From Eledone cirrhosa (Eukaryota), in assembly GCA_964016885.1 (NCBI GenBank), contig OZ024740.1, forward strand, positions 88,722,001 to 88,786,000: a stretch of 64,000 bases of DNA, given 5' to 3'. The stretch's first letter is position 1; every line of letters starts with the position of its first letter. The notes under the pieces are model-generated. The model was given only the letters and a program-made list of their open reading frames with translations. It was not told the DNA's origin and did no database searches. The translations under genes and the position numbers were made by a program. This document shows, piece after piece, positions 27,981 through 41,528 of the stretch.

Positions 27981-28519
27981 CACATATATATATATATATA
28001 TATAAAGAGAAAAATATAATAAATAAATAAATACACACAGTCAGACAATTATGCACACGTATATATATATATATATATACATACACACATCTCTACAAAT
28101 ATATACATACACATACACACGCACGCATACATATATACATACACACATATATATACACATAGACATATATATACACACATATATATACATACATATACAT
28201 ACATATACATACATATATACATATACATATATATATATATATACAATCATACACACTTATTTACATGCGCACATATGTATTTTTATACTCACATACAAAC
28301 ACCCAAACATACATACCTACTTACATACACATACATACATCCACGCTTACAAATACAAATAATTATAGGGGGGGGGGGATTAAAATTATTAGTTGGAAAT
28401 AGTAAATATAGGTTTCAAGGAACATAGAATATTAATCTGCATATAGATCATAATGTGTTTACATAGTAGTTTCAGTATTAGGAAATGTAAGAAAGAAGGC
28501 AAAATTATGCATTTTAATA

Positions 28520-28893
28520 TAAGTATACTATTAATTATAGGTTAACTAAATTAAAAATAGTTAATATATTGATTTCTAAGGTGTATACTACTTAGGTTTA
28601 TAATATTTGAAGCGGAATTTTGAAGTTAAACAGTAGTAGAGTATTAATTATAGCATAACTAAATTAAAAATATTAACATTATGGTATCAATATTAGGAAA
28701 TGAATTTAGTAATAGGGAAAACCAAATCAAGTATTTCATCGGTAGTAGAATATAAATTATAAATTATAGGTTAACTAAATTAAAAATTATATATTAATTT
28801 CTATAGTATATGTTAATTAGGTTTATAATAATTAAAGCAGATTTTGTATTTTATCTATAGTAGAATATAATTATATGTTAACAAAAATTAAAA

Positions 28894-28900
<7 letters not shown>
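28520..28900. repeat. Degenerate AT-rich tandem repeat (~105-120 bp period)
   Basis: AATTATAGGTTAACTAAATTAAAA-like motif recurs at ~28533, 28646, 28762 and 28869. Confidence 0.55.
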
Positions 28901-28933
<33 letters not shown>

Positions 28934-28989
28934 ATTGTAAAGAATATATTAATTAGGTATATATTTAAAAATCTATATATATATATATA

Positions 28990-29545
28990 TCAAGGCATGT
29001 ATTGAGTTAGAAACTCAAAATAGTCTCATTACACTAAATTAGCTATACGAAAAAAGCTTTTCCGAGCCGTATAATATAACTGAACAAAAAAGAAAAACGA
29101 ACACACACTTTTACATATATGTGTTCAAGTCGTAATGGATCAGAATCGCTAAGGTGAAAAAAATACTAACTACGGACAATATAGTTTGCCAGACTCAATT
29201 TAAGAATACATCATCAAAAATAAATACAAACCATAATTGTGGTAACAACCGAACACCCGGACAGTTTTGATAAAAACTGCTTCGAAATATTATTTGTGAA
29301 AAGGATTACCAAATTCCAAAGCTCATCAGCGGGTAAAGAAATTAGTAACCTTATCACTTCTAAATCTAATTAGAAACTGGATAATTTGTGTGTATATGTG
29401 ACGCACATGGTTCCCGAATTTAGCGTGTCTTGCACACTCACGCCACTAAAAATAGCAGCAGAGTTTACTCCGGGTGTTCGGCTGTTACCACAATTATGGT
29501 TTGTATTTATTTTTCTTGATTTATTCTTAAATTGAGTCTGGCATA
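28990..29545. mobile_element. Fold-back insert (family X)
   Basis: ~75-bp inverted repeats 29187-29261 / 29469-29543; the long arm runs to (TA)n at 28990. Confidence 0.6.
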
Positions 29546-29875
29546 ATGCAGACAGAGTGACGTTCACCTCTCGACAAAACCCTACGACGTTTTCTACTTG
29601 TGTGTATATTTTCGTAGAAATACATATATTGGTAAACCTGCGCTCACATTTGGGCGTGTGAATATACACATATGCACGTATGTACGACTACACTCTTACA
29701 CAACTTGTCACCCAGTGTCACTCCTTGCATTTGACAGACCAAACGCGCTTGCTTGCACATACTCACGCCTTTTAAATTCCTACCGGCCGCTTTTTCAATG
29801 TCTGATGCACATACATTCACAATTTTGCAATGTCAAAGTAATAAACATGCATCCACACACACACACGCACGCACA

Positions 29876-30001
<126 letters not shown>

Positions 30002-30207
30002 ACACACACAAAACACACGCACACACTTACATGCACATGTTCATTCAAATTTTCAAATTGCACAACGATTATCTCTATTTCAAAGCCTCCCTAATACCTA
30101 CGATACATCCTGAACATCACTTACTCAAATGTGCTTTTTCTAAAAGCATTACGTTTAAACCTCCTCTCACACTCCTCTGTTTATTTCTTCATTTATTTAT
30201 CATTCTA

Positions 30208-30243
30208 TCTTTTGATGAAGCACTAGCGTCCGAAAGGTTAAGA
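30208..30243 (+). ncRNA. Degenerate hammerhead-like motif (related copy at 17418-17449)
   Basis: TCTT-TTGATGA-AGCAC..GTCC-GAAAGGTT-AAGA; stem II is imperfect. Confidence 0.35.
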
Positions 30244-30933
30244 AACTTTTCCTACTATAACAAGCGTTATACTAGTATTTAACTTCGTTATATTGTATCG
30301 TATTCCGATGTGGTTTTCTTTTTGCTGTTCGCATATATATATATATACACTTACGCCCACAGCTCTGTACGAAGCAGCAACACGCACGCACAAAAACACA
30401 GACTTTCTTAAACTTATAAACACATATCCTCGCAGTTTCGTACAGACTTACTACAAAAAGTACACACATTCTTGCACGTTTACAGATATACATATCCACT
30501 CTAAATACAAAAGGAATTTTCCTTTTCAGCAGAATGAGAGGCTTTTCAACACACCCTTTCAAAAGACAGCCAGATGAAATTCCTAAACCACAAATTCTCC
30601 TAACAGTTTTCTATGAGATGGCAAAATGAACAGACTTGCGTAATTTATAATATGTATATAGAACGGCTAAACACTAACTGTATATGCAATCAATACATGT
30701 GTACATGTGTGAACAGAGTATAATTCATAATGTTACGAGGAAAATAGGGGCAATGACATTATAATTTCGTCAGTCATGCCTTCTTTGGGCACAGTCTGAA
30801 AATGAACCATCTCCGAAACCTCTAAATCCTTGCCAACTTTTTCTTCTGAAAATATATCTGTAAGTTTGAATGTATGTATGTATGTATGTTTGTATGTATG
30901 TATGTATGTATGTATGTATGTATGTATGTATGT

Positions 30934-31341
30934 CCGGGAGAGATGACCCCTTAGCCTTTGTCAAGGCAGAATTCTAGGAGGAGGAAAACTCTGATATAAG
31001 ACCTGCAACTCTGATGGTATCCAATGATGTAGACTTGTTCTTCTTTTTGGTAAATATCATCTTGGTTAAGAGAGTGGGACTGGCTTTGTGCAGTGCCTTT
31101 ACTCACTATAAAAGCTTCACGGCACAGGCATTGCTTTGTATCTGGAGATCTCTCTGCACTGTCGTCACATGGTACCATGGGCCCATCACTATGTGTCAAT
31201 AATTGTCACAAGTGTAGTGTTTGTACCAGAGTTTTCAAGTCGCTGGCTGGACTAAGTCACACTTGTTTAGCGCATCGGTGGGGGTTCTCCTACATGGATA
31301 TAAAGTAGTGGCCGTACTCGAAAACGAGTTGGCAGCCACCA
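30934..31341 (+). mobile_element. RTE-derived retroposon, copy 2 (5'-truncated)
   Basis: Homologous to 2742-3333; flanked by (TATG)n. Confidence 0.75.
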
Positions 31342-31489
31342 TATATGTATGTATGTATGTATATATATATGTGTATGTGTATATATGTATGTATGTATGT
31401 ATTTATGTATATGTGTGTATATGTATGTATGTATGTATGTGTATGTATATATGTATGTATGTATATGTGTATGTATATATGTATGTATG

Positions 31490-31520
<31 letters not shown>

Positions 31521-32171
31521 GTATACATATATATGTATGTATGTATATGTATGTATATATGTATGTATGTATGTATATGTGTGTATATGTATGTATGTAT
31601 GTGTATGTATGTATATGTATGTATGTATGTGTATGTGTGTGTATGTATGTATATATATGTATATATGTATGTATGTATGTGTGTATATGTATATGTATAT
31701 GTATATGTATGTATGTATGTGTATGTATATGTATGTATATGTATATATATGTATATGTGTGTGTATGTATGTATATATGTATGTATGTGTATATGTATGT
31801 ATATGTGTATATATGTATATATGTGTATATGTATGTATATGTATATATGTATGTATATATATATGTATGTATATGTATGTATGTATGTATATGCATGTAT
31901 GTATATATATGTATGTATGTGTATGTATGTATGTATATGTATGTATGTATGTATGTGTGTATATATGTATGTATATATATGTATGTATGTATGTATATGT
32001 GTATGTATGTGTATGTATGTATGTATATGTATATGTATGTATGTATGTGTATGTATGTATGTATGTGTATATATATGTATGTATGTGTGTATATATGTAT
32101 GTATATGTATGTATGTATGTGTATGTATGTGTATGTATATGTATGTATATGTATGTATGTATATATATATG

Positions 32172-32204
<33 letters not shown>

Positions 32205-32335
32205 GTATATATGTATGTATGTGTGTGTATATGTATGTATGTGTATGTATGCATGTATGTATGTATGTATGTATGTATGCATGTATGTATGTATGTATGT
32301 ATGTATGTATGTATGTTAGTATGTATATATATGTA
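31342..32335. repeat. Mixed (TATG)/(TA)/(TG)n array
   Basis: Direct reading. Confidence 0.95.
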
Positions 32336-32857
32336 CCACCTGTCTCATGGTTGGGTCGTTGGCGACTAAACTGGCAACCCCACCAAGGTTTCTTGGTGAG
32401 GAGGGTGACTTTGGACATCCTGCAGGACTAAAAACAAAACCTGTCAAAGGGCAAAGGAGCTCTTAAGAGTCAATGGCCATCCAAAATCACCGGGAGAGAT
32501 GACCCCTTAGCCTTTGTCAGGGCAGAATTCTAGGAGAAGGAAAACTCTGATATAACACCTGCAACCCTGATGGTATCCAATGATGTTGACTTGTTTTTCT
32601 TTTTGGTAAATATCATCTTGGTTAAGAGAGTGGGACTGGTTTTGTGCAGTGCCTTTGCTCACTATAAAAGCTTCACGGCACAGGCATTGCTTTATATCTG
32701 GAGATCTCTCTGCACTTGTTGTCACATGGTACCATGGGCCCAGCACTGTGTCAATAATTGTCACAAGTGTAGTGTTTGTACCAGAGTGCATCGGTAGGTG
32801 TTCTCCTACATGGATGTAAAGTGGTGGCCGTACTCGAAAACGAGTTGGCAGCCACCA
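32336..32857 (+). mobile_element. RTE-derived retroposon, copy 3
   Basis: Full 5' end CCTGTCTCATGG; small internal deletion in the zinc-finger part. Confidence 0.75.
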
Positions 32858-32895
32858 TGTATGTATGTATGTATATGTATGTGTGTATATGTATG

Positions 32896-35823
32896 TTTTC
32901 TCTTTCTCTTAATTTTGAGTATATTTTTTGACCGGCCACCTTCCTGGTGGCAAGGTTGTAAAAGAAAAGAAATTGTCATCCCTTGAATCGCAAGAATGTT
33001 TTGCAAATTTTGAAGGTGCCAGCTATCGCAGCCATTTGTAGACTATGAATTAGGGAGCTGAGCTTTTTGTCCGCAAATCCAAGTTCAGTCATACTTTGGT
33101 CCAAGCGGGTTGGTATATAACCCGTAGCACCAATAATGATGGGTATGAAGCTAAAGGTGTATCTTGGATACTGGATTTGTAAACTCCTCATCAATGGTCC
33201 GTAGATGTCCTCCTTCTCCTGTATTTTTCTGACAACGTTTACACCAAGTGGGCAGCTGATCTCCACAACAGAACACGTTTTCAATGTGTGGTCCCAAACT
33301 ACAATATCAGGCCGGTTGTGCTTTAATTTGGTGGCAGTTTTTATTTTCAGGTTCCACCAGTATTCCTTAGTGCCATCTGTCTCAATATATTCTTCCTCGT
33401 TTGTTGTTGATTTTGTTTTCCGAAGTGCGTTCCAGATGGTTCTAGCTATCCCATCGTGTCTCATGGGGAGGTAGTAGCGAGATGACATTCTTTCGCAGCT
33501 GGCAACAATGTGGCTTACATCCTCGATCTTTGTTTTACATAGCCTACATTTATTGTCAGCTGCTGGCCCTCCTCTTTTGTGCAGCAGATATTTGGTAGGG
33601 AGTTCTTGTTCCTGTATTGCATAGAGATATCCCTCAAGGTGTGATGTCATAAACTTGTCGGAACTCCATGCCAGGCTTTTTGAGTGGTTTATCCCCTCTA
33701 TGGTCTGTGTTTTACGCCTCAAGTATCCATGCACAACTTTTTCTGTAAATTGGTCAATTTTCTTTTCTTGTTTGAACATTGAATAGGATCTTCCGATTTC
33801 TCTGGGTGAGAGATTTATATCGGGCTTTATTCCATATCTCTCCTCCAGATCAGTCGCTATTCTAATGATATTTCTTTTTTCATGGTCATAAACCTGGGCA
33901 AGATGGTTGCCAACCTTTTTCCTCTGTTGAAGGTGTTGCTTCAGTGTCACTATCCGGGTCTCATATGTTGTTAATATTGATTTTAGACCCCGGCCACCTT
34001 CCTTGCGTGAGAAGTATAGCCTATCCACATCACCATTGATGTTAAAGTTCCTAGTAACACTGAGAAGTTTTCGAGTTCTAACATCTATCTCACTTAGTTC
34101 TTGCAATGACCAGTTCAGTAGGCCAAATGTTGGCGTTAGAATTGGCACAGCATAAGTATTGTGGGCAATGTATTTGTTGTATGCTGACAGTTCTGATGAC
34201 CATATTTTCTTTACTCTTCTGAGGTATTCAGTTCTGGTTCTCTCCTTATTTATGGGTCCATCATATCTGACATTCTCATCCTGTCCAAGATATCTGTAGT
34301 TGTCACCTGACTGCAGAGGTTGTATTGTCAGGCCGTTCATCTCTAGATTTCTAGAGGAGGGCACAGCTCTTCCACGTTTTACTGCCAAATATGCACACTT
34401 GGACTCACCAAATTTCATTTTGATGTCGGTTGAAAATTGTGTAATGAGGTCCAATTGTTTCTTGATGTCATTGATATTTGGCCTATACAACTTCAGGTCA
34501 TCAACAAAGAAAAGATGGGAGATACTTCTGGTCCCACTTCTTTGTCGACCTTGTTTCCTGAGTAGGTAAGATAGTGGATTCAGTGAGAGAACGAAGAGTA
34601 GCACTGACAAGCTATCACCCTGAAAGATGCCCTTCTGGTAATGTATCTTATCAGTCTTAACCTGCTCCTTCTCACCTCTAAGGATCAAACTGGTGTACCA
34701 GTTCTTGGTCAGGCGTTCAACAGCAGCTACCAATGGTTGTGGGACTTTAGCTAACTGTAAAGCCTTAACAATCCACCCATGAGGTACACTATCAAATGCT
34801 TTTTGATAGTCCAGCCACACGACAGTCATGTTTCTGCGATTCTTTGTTGTTTTTTCCTGAATCATTTTGTTAGTTAGTAGGTGATCTATGCAACCCCACA
34901 CCTCCCTCTTTCCACCAGCTTGCTCAGGTGTTATGATGTTGTTGGTAGCACAGTGATCCTGTAAGAACAGGTTAAGGCACCCAGTATATAATTTATACAT
35001 GATGTTTTGGCAGGCAATTGGGCGGTAATTTTTAGCAAGGGTGGTTTGGCTATTTGGGGGAATGAGGAGAGTAGAGGCAGTTGATAACCATCTGGGCAGT
35101 TCTTGTGTGCCCTTAATGGTTTCTGTAAACAGCCGTATGAGATCTTGCCGATAGAAAGTGAAATTCTTCAACCAGTATCCTGTAATGAGGTCTGGGCCTG
35201 GCGATTTCCTATTCGACATTTTCTGTAGAGCTGTTTCCAGTATTGACCCATCTATGTCATATTGTTTTGTCTGGACATGTTGGCAGTAGTCCTGTTCCAG
35301 TTCTTTTAGCCAATTAGCTTGTCTGTTGAATGCGTCATCCGTTTCCCATACAGATCTCCAGTAGCTCTCAACCTGTTCTTTTGAAGGGGTGTCATTTACA
35401 GAGATTGAGCTTTTGCCACCGAAGCTGCGATAAACTGATTTAGGACCTCTGGCAAACAATCTATTTAGCACTTGTCGTTTATGTGCTGTTGACTTATATT
35501 TTAGTCTTTCTGTTGTAGCTGTGAGTTGTTGTTTCAACTGGTGTAATTTGGAGTTCAAAGTTTTAAATTTTGTATCTCCAAATCTTCTCTCTAACTTTTT
35601 TTTCAGGTCTTCCTGGTGTTGTGTGAAGTTGCTCTCTATGTTGCATTTCATAACGACTGCGATGTGTGAGATACTTCGTCTCAGGGACAAAATTTTGGTT
35701 TTTAAATTTCGCATCCACGCTGGTTCAGGCTTTCTGTTAGTATCTTGATTGCATGGTTTTAGATGTGTGTTATATGATACCAATGTGACAGCTGAAACAT
35801 ATAACAAAACATTAAGCGTTTCG
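32896..35823 (-). mobile_element. R4/Dong-clade non-LTR retrotransposon (family 1), 5'-truncated, in (CATA)n
   Basis: Open RT-REL frame, short 3' UTR ending AGAGAAAGAGAAAA then (CATA)n; 5' junction also in (CATA)n. Confidence 0.9.
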
Positions 35824-35825
35824 AT
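32976..35825 (-). CDS. Reverse transcriptase plus CCHC knuckle and restriction-like endonuclease (~950 aa, no stops, N-terminus missing)
   Basis: [49 protein letters not shown]; CRLC......HIVASC; RHD; RPDIVVWD...VVEISCP. Confidence 0.92.
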   Translation of the reverse strand: METLNVLLYVSAVTLVSYNTHLKPCNQDTNRKPEPAWMRNLKTKILSLRRSISHIAVVMKCNIESNFTQHQEDLKKKLERRFGDTKFKTLNSKLHQLKQQLTATTERLKYKSTAHKRQVLNRLFARGPKSVYRSFGGKSSISVNDTPSKEQVESYWRSVWETDDAFNRQANWLKELEQDYCQHVQTKQYDIDGSILETALQKMSNRKSPGPDLITGYWLKNFTFYRQDLIRLFTETIKGTQELPRWLSTASTLLIPPNSQTTLAKNYRPIACQNIMYKLYTGCLNLFLQDHCATNNIITPEQAGGKREVWGCIDHLLTNKMIQEKTTKNRRNMTVVWLDYQKAFDSVPHGWIVKALQLAKVPQPLVAAVERLTKNWYTSLILRGEKEQVKTDKIHYQKGIFQGDSLSVLLFVLSLNPLSYLLRKQGRQRSGTRSISHLFFVDDLKLYRPNINDIKKQLDLITQFSTDIKMKFGESKCAYLAVKRGRAVPSSRNLEMNGLTIQPLQSGDNYRYLGQDENVRYDGPINKERTRTEYLRRVKKIWSSELSAYNKYIAHNTYAVPILTPTFGLLNWSLQELSEIDVRTRKLLSVTRNFNINGDVDRLYFSRKEGGRGLKSILTTYETRIVTLKQHLQQRKKVGNHLAQVYDHEKRNIIRIATDLEERYGIKPDINLSPREIGRSYSMFKQEKKIDQFTEKVVHGYLRRKTQTIEGINHSKSLAWSSDKFMTSHLEGYLYAIQEQELPTKYLLHKRGGPAADNKCRLCKTKIEDVSHIVASCERMSSRYYLPMRHDGIARTIWNALRKTKSTTNEEEYIETDGTKEYWWNLKIKTATKLKHNRPDIVVWDHTLKTCSVVEISCPLGVNVVRKIQEKEDIYGPLMRSLQIQYPRYTFSFIPIIIGATGYIPTRLDQSMTELGFADKKLSSLIHSLQMAAIAGTFKICKTFLRFKG

Positions 35826-35962
35826 GTATGTATGTATGTGTATATGTATGTATGTATATGTATATGTGTATGTATGTATATGTGTATGTATGTGTATATG
35901 TATGTATATGTGTATGTATATGTATGTGTATGTGTATGTATGTATGTATATGTATATATATG

Positions 35963-35996
<34 letters not shown>

Positions 35997-36044
35997 TATA
36001 TATACATATATATATATATGTATATATATATATATGTATATATA

Positions 36045-36079
<35 letters not shown>

Positions 36080-36642
36080 GTAATGTATGTATATGTGTGT
36101 ATGTATGTATGTATATATGTATGTATGTGTATATGTGCATATGTATGTATGTATATGTGTGTATGTATGTATGTATATATGTATGTATGTGTATATGTGC
36201 GTATGTGTATATATGTATGTATATATATGTGTATGTGTATGTATGTATATATATGTGTATATGTATGTATGTATGTATATATGTATGTATGTATGTATGT
36301 GTATATGTATGTATGTGTATATATATGTATGTATGTATGTATATATGTATGTATGTGTATGTATGTGTGTATATGTATGTATGTATATGTATGTATGTAT
36401 GTATATATATATATATCTGTGTATGTATGTATGTGTATATGTATATGTATATGTATGTGTGTATGTATATATATGTATGTATGTATATGTATGTATGTAT
36501 ATATATATGTATGTGTATATGTATGTATGTATGTATATGTGTGTATGTATATGTATGTATGTATATGTGTATGTATGTATGTGTATTGTGTATGTATATA
36601 TATGTATATGTATGTATATATGTATGTATGTGTATATATGTG

Positions 36643-36673
<31 letters not shown>

Positions 36674-36731
36674 GTATATATATATATATGTATATGTATG
36701 TATGTATGTATCTATATATATATATATATAT
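35826..36731. repeat. Mixed (TATG)/(TA)n array
   Basis: Direct reading. Confidence 0.95.
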
Positions 36732-37248
36732 AAAATATTAAAAACATAATGAATAAAACAATGAAACAGTTCCTTATATTAAACAAAAAAAGTTCATTAT
36801 TTAACGATCGTTTCTAGGACATATATGTGTTAGAATTGGCATGCATATTCAACAGATCTATGTACAAAATTATACAAAATTATACAAACTATCAAATCTA
36901 ATATACATACCAACACATACATATGCCGTCTTCATGTATGTATGTGTTTTGATAGTTTGTATAATTTTGTATAATTTTGTACATAGATCTGTTGAATATG
37001 CATGCCAATTCTAACACATATATGTCCTAGAAACGATCGTTAAATAATGAACTTTTTTTGTTTAATATAAGGAACTGTTTCATTGTTTTATTCATTATTT
37101 TTTTAATATTTTATCTTGACTCTGTATTCCGTTTAACTTTCACCGGATGTGATTTTTGAATGCATCTCTTCTTTCCATGATATCCGGATTACATTGAGTT
37201 CTTCATACGGATTGAACACTACCGTAAACTCTTGGTAGATTTATCTAC
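36732..37248. mobile_element. PLE family C fold-back insert
   Basis: ~165-bp near-perfect inverted arms (36732-36897 / 36948-37112) plus tail to 37248. Confidence 0.85.
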
Positions 37249-37283
37249 ATATATATATATATATATATGTGTATATGTATATG

Positions 37284-37324
<41 letters not shown>

Positions 37325-37947
37325 GTGTATGTGTGTGTATGTGTGTATGTATATGTGTATGTATGTATATGTATGTATGTATGTGTATATATATATATAT
37401 GTATGTATGTATATGTATGTATGTGTGTATATGTATGTATATACACACATACATACATATACATACATATATATATATATACACATACATACATATATAC
37501 ACATACATACATACATATATGTATGTATAGATGTGTATATGTATGTATATGTATAAGTATATGTATGTATATATGTGTATATGTATGTATATGTATGTGT
37601 GTATATATATATGTGTATATGTATGTATGTGTGTATATATATGTATATGTATGTATGTATGTATATGTATATGTGTGTGTATATGTATGTATGTATATAT
37701 GTATGTGTATATGTATGCATGTATATATATATATATATATGTGTGTATATGTATGTATGTATATATGTATATATGTATGTATGTATGTATGTATATGTAT
37801 ATGTATGTGTGTATGTATGTGTGTATGTATGTGTATGTATGTGTATATATATATATGTGTATATGTGTATGTATGTGTATGTATGTATGTGTATATGTAT
37901 GTGTATGTATATATATGTATATATATATGTATATGTATGTATGTATG

Positions 37948-37979
<32 letters not shown>

Positions 37980-38069
37980 CATGTATGTATGTGTATATAT
38001 GTGTATATGTATGTATGTATGTATGTATATATATGTGTATATGTATGTATGTATGTGTATATATGTATG

Positions 38070-38101
<32 letters not shown>

Positions 38102-38243
38102 TGTATGTATATGTGTGTATATGTATGTATGTATGTGTGTGTATATGTATATATATGTGTATATGTATGTATGTATGTATGTATATGTGTGTGTGTATGT
38201 ATATATATATATGTATGTGTATGTGTATGTATGTATGTATCTG

Positions 38244-38279
<36 letters not shown>

Positions 38280-38661
38280 TGTATATATATGTGTATGTGT
38301 ATGTATGTATGTATGGGTATATATATGTATATGTATGTATATATATATATGTATATGTGTATGTATATGTATGTATGTATATATATATGTGTATATGTAT
38401 GTATGTATGTATATGTGTGTATATACGTGTATATGTATGTATGTGTATATATATATGTGTATATGTATGTATGTATGTATGTATGTATATGTATATATGT
38501 ATATGTATATATATGTATATGTATGTATGTATGTATGTATGTATATATGTATGTGTGTGTATGTATGTATGTATGTGTATATGTATGTATGTATGTATGT
38601 GTGTAAGTATGTATGTATGTGTGTAAGTATGTATGTATGTATGTATGTATGTATATGTATG

Positions 38662-38692
<31 letters not shown>

Positions 38693-39111
38693 ATGTATAT
38701 GTATATATATATGTATGTATGTATGTATGTGTATATATATATATGTATGTATGTGTGTGTATGTATGTATCTATGTATATATATGTATATGTGTGTGTAT
38801 GTATGTATGTATGTATATGTGTATATATGTATGTATGTATGTATATATGTGTGTGTATATGTATGTATATATATATGTGTATATGTATGTATATGTATGT
38901 GCATATGTATATGTACGTATATGTATATATATGTATATATGTATGTATATGTGTATGTGTATATGTATGTATATATGTGTATGTATATGTATGTATATGT
39001 ATGTGTGTATATGTATGTATATGTATGTATATATGTATGTATATGTATATGTGTGTGTATATGTATGTATGTATGTATATGTATATGTATGTATATATAT
39101 ATATGTATATG

Positions 39112-39143
<32 letters not shown>

Positions 39144-39738
39144 TATATATGTATATGTGTATGTATGTATATATATATATATGTGTATGTATGTGTATAT
39201 GTATATGTATATGTATGTATATATATATATATATGTATATGTATGTATATATATATATGTATATGTATGTATATATATATATGTGTATGTGTATGTATAT
39301 GTATATGTGTATATGTATGTATGCATATATGTGTGTGTATATGTATGTATATGTATATATATGTGTATGTATGTGTATGTATATATATGTGTATGTATAT
39401 ATGTGTGTATGTATGTATGTATGTATGTATGTATGTATGTATGTATATATGTATGTATGTATGTATGTATATATGTGTGTGTATATGTATGTATTATATA
39501 TATGTGTATATGTACGTATATGTATGTGTATATGTATATGTATGTATATGTATATATATGTGTATATGTATGTATATGTGTATGTGTATATGTATGTATA
39601 TATGTGTATGTATATGTATGTATATGTATGTGTGTATATGTATGTGTATGTATGTATATATGTATGTATATGTATATGTGTGTGTATATGTATGTATGTA
39701 TGTATGTATATGTATATGTATGTATATATATATATATG

Positions 39739-39772
<34 letters not shown>

Positions 39773-40050
39773 TATATGTATATGTGTATGTATGTATATA
39801 TATATGTGAATGTATGTGTATATGTATATGTATATGTATGTATATATATATGTATATGTATGTATATATATATATATGTATATGTATGTATATATATGTG
39901 TATGTGTATGTATATGTATATGTGTATATGTATGTATGTATATATGTGTGTGTATATGTATGTATATGTATATATATGTGTATGTATGTGTATGTATATG
40001 TATGTGTATGTATGTATGTATGTGTGTATGTATGTATGTATGCATGTATG

Positions 40051-40084
<34 letters not shown>

Positions 40085-40314
40085 TGTATGTATGTATGTG
40101 TATGTGTATATGTATGTATATGTGTTTATGTATGTATATGTATATGTATGTATATGTATGTATTTGTGTATATGTGTGTATGTATGTATATATATGTGTG
40201 TATGTGTGTATATATATGTGTATGTATGTATGTGTATATGTGTGTATGTATGTATATGTATATATATGTGTGTATGTATGTATATATATATATATATATA
40301 TGTGTGTATGTATG

Positions 40315-40351
<37 letters not shown>

Positions 40352-40525
40352 ATGTATGTATGTATGTATGTGTGTATGTATATATATATATGTGTATGTG
40401 TGTATGTATGTATATATATATATTTATGTATGTATGTATATGTATGTGTATATGTGTGTATGTATGTATGTATGTATATGTGTATATATGAGTATGTATG
40501 TATGTATATATATATATATATATAT
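37249..40525. repeat. 3.3-kb mixed alternating purine-pyrimidine (TATG/TA/TG) array
   Basis: Direct reading; local strand flip at ~37443-37520; internal ~600-bp duplication. Confidence 0.95.
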
Positions 40526-40980
40526 AAGGGCAAAGGAGCTCTTAAGAGTCAATGGCCATCCAAAATCACCGGGAGAGATGACCCTTAGCCTTTGTCAAGG
40601 CAGAATTCTAGGAGAAGCAATACTCTGATATAACACCTGCAACCTTGATGATATCCAATGATGTTGACTTGTTCTTCTTTTTGGAAAATATCATCTTGGT
40701 TAAGAGAGTGGGACTGGCTTTGTGCAGTGCCTTTGCTCACTATAAAAGCTTCACCGCACAGGCATTGCTTTATATCTGGAGATCTTTCTGCACTTGTCTT
40801 CACATGGTACCATGGGCCCAGCACTATGTGTCAATCATTGTCACAAGTGTAGTGTTTCTACCAGAGTTTTCAAGTCGCTGGCTGGACTAAAAAAAACCCA
40901 CTCATTCAGCGCATCGGGTGGGGTTCTCCTACATGGATATAAAGTAGTGGCTGTACTCGAAAACGAGTTGGCAGCCACCA
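40526..40980 (+). mobile_element. RTE-derived retroposon, copy 4 (5'-truncated)
   Basis: Homologous to 2742-3333. Confidence 0.75.
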
Positions 40981-41322
40981 TGTATGTATGTTCGTTCTTC
41001 TGTTTTTATAATTTCACAAATTTTTGCCAATAGAGAGAGAGTCGGTTTCTAACATAATTACAAGACACTCTCATTGGAATTTACGCAACATCAACTAGGT
41101 AGATATGTCTGCATGTCTGCATGCATGCATGTGTAGGTATGGATGTTATTGTATGTGTGGATGTGTATTTTTTTAGTTGTATCTCAGAATGTGTGCGCTT
41201 TGTATCTGTACATGTGTATATGCAGTTATTAGATGCAAAATCTTTGGAATAGTTTACATATTTTTACTGTTCTATTAATGGATTATACTTGTAATTTCCT
41301 AACTAGTATATATGTATGTATG

Positions 41323-41490
41323 ATTCTCTTTCTCTTAATTTCGATTACATTTTTGACAGGCCACCTTCCTGGTGGCAAGGTTGTAAAGAAAAGAAATTGT
41401 AGTCTATGAATTAGGGAGCTGCGCTTTTTCTCCACAAATCCGAGTTCAGTTATATTTTGGTCCAAGAGGCTTGGTATATAACCTGTAGTT
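41323..41490 (-). mobile_element. R4 family 1 3'-end fragment
   Basis: Same 3' UTR as 32896-32975, joined to (CATA)n. Confidence 0.8.
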
Positions 41491-41528
41491 CCTATGTATG
41501 TATGTGTGTATGTTTGTATGTATGTATG

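Noticed and set aside
35826-36140. N-terminal ~105 aa of the 1054-aa ORF
   Set aside because: Read-through of the flanking (CATA)n array; the LINE sequence starts at about 35823.
31221-40628. Very long Y/I/C/V/M/H/T-rich ORFs (up to 986 aa), and similar ones across the window
   Set aside because: Translations of TA/TG/TATG microsatellites that lack stop codons; open in several frames on both strands.
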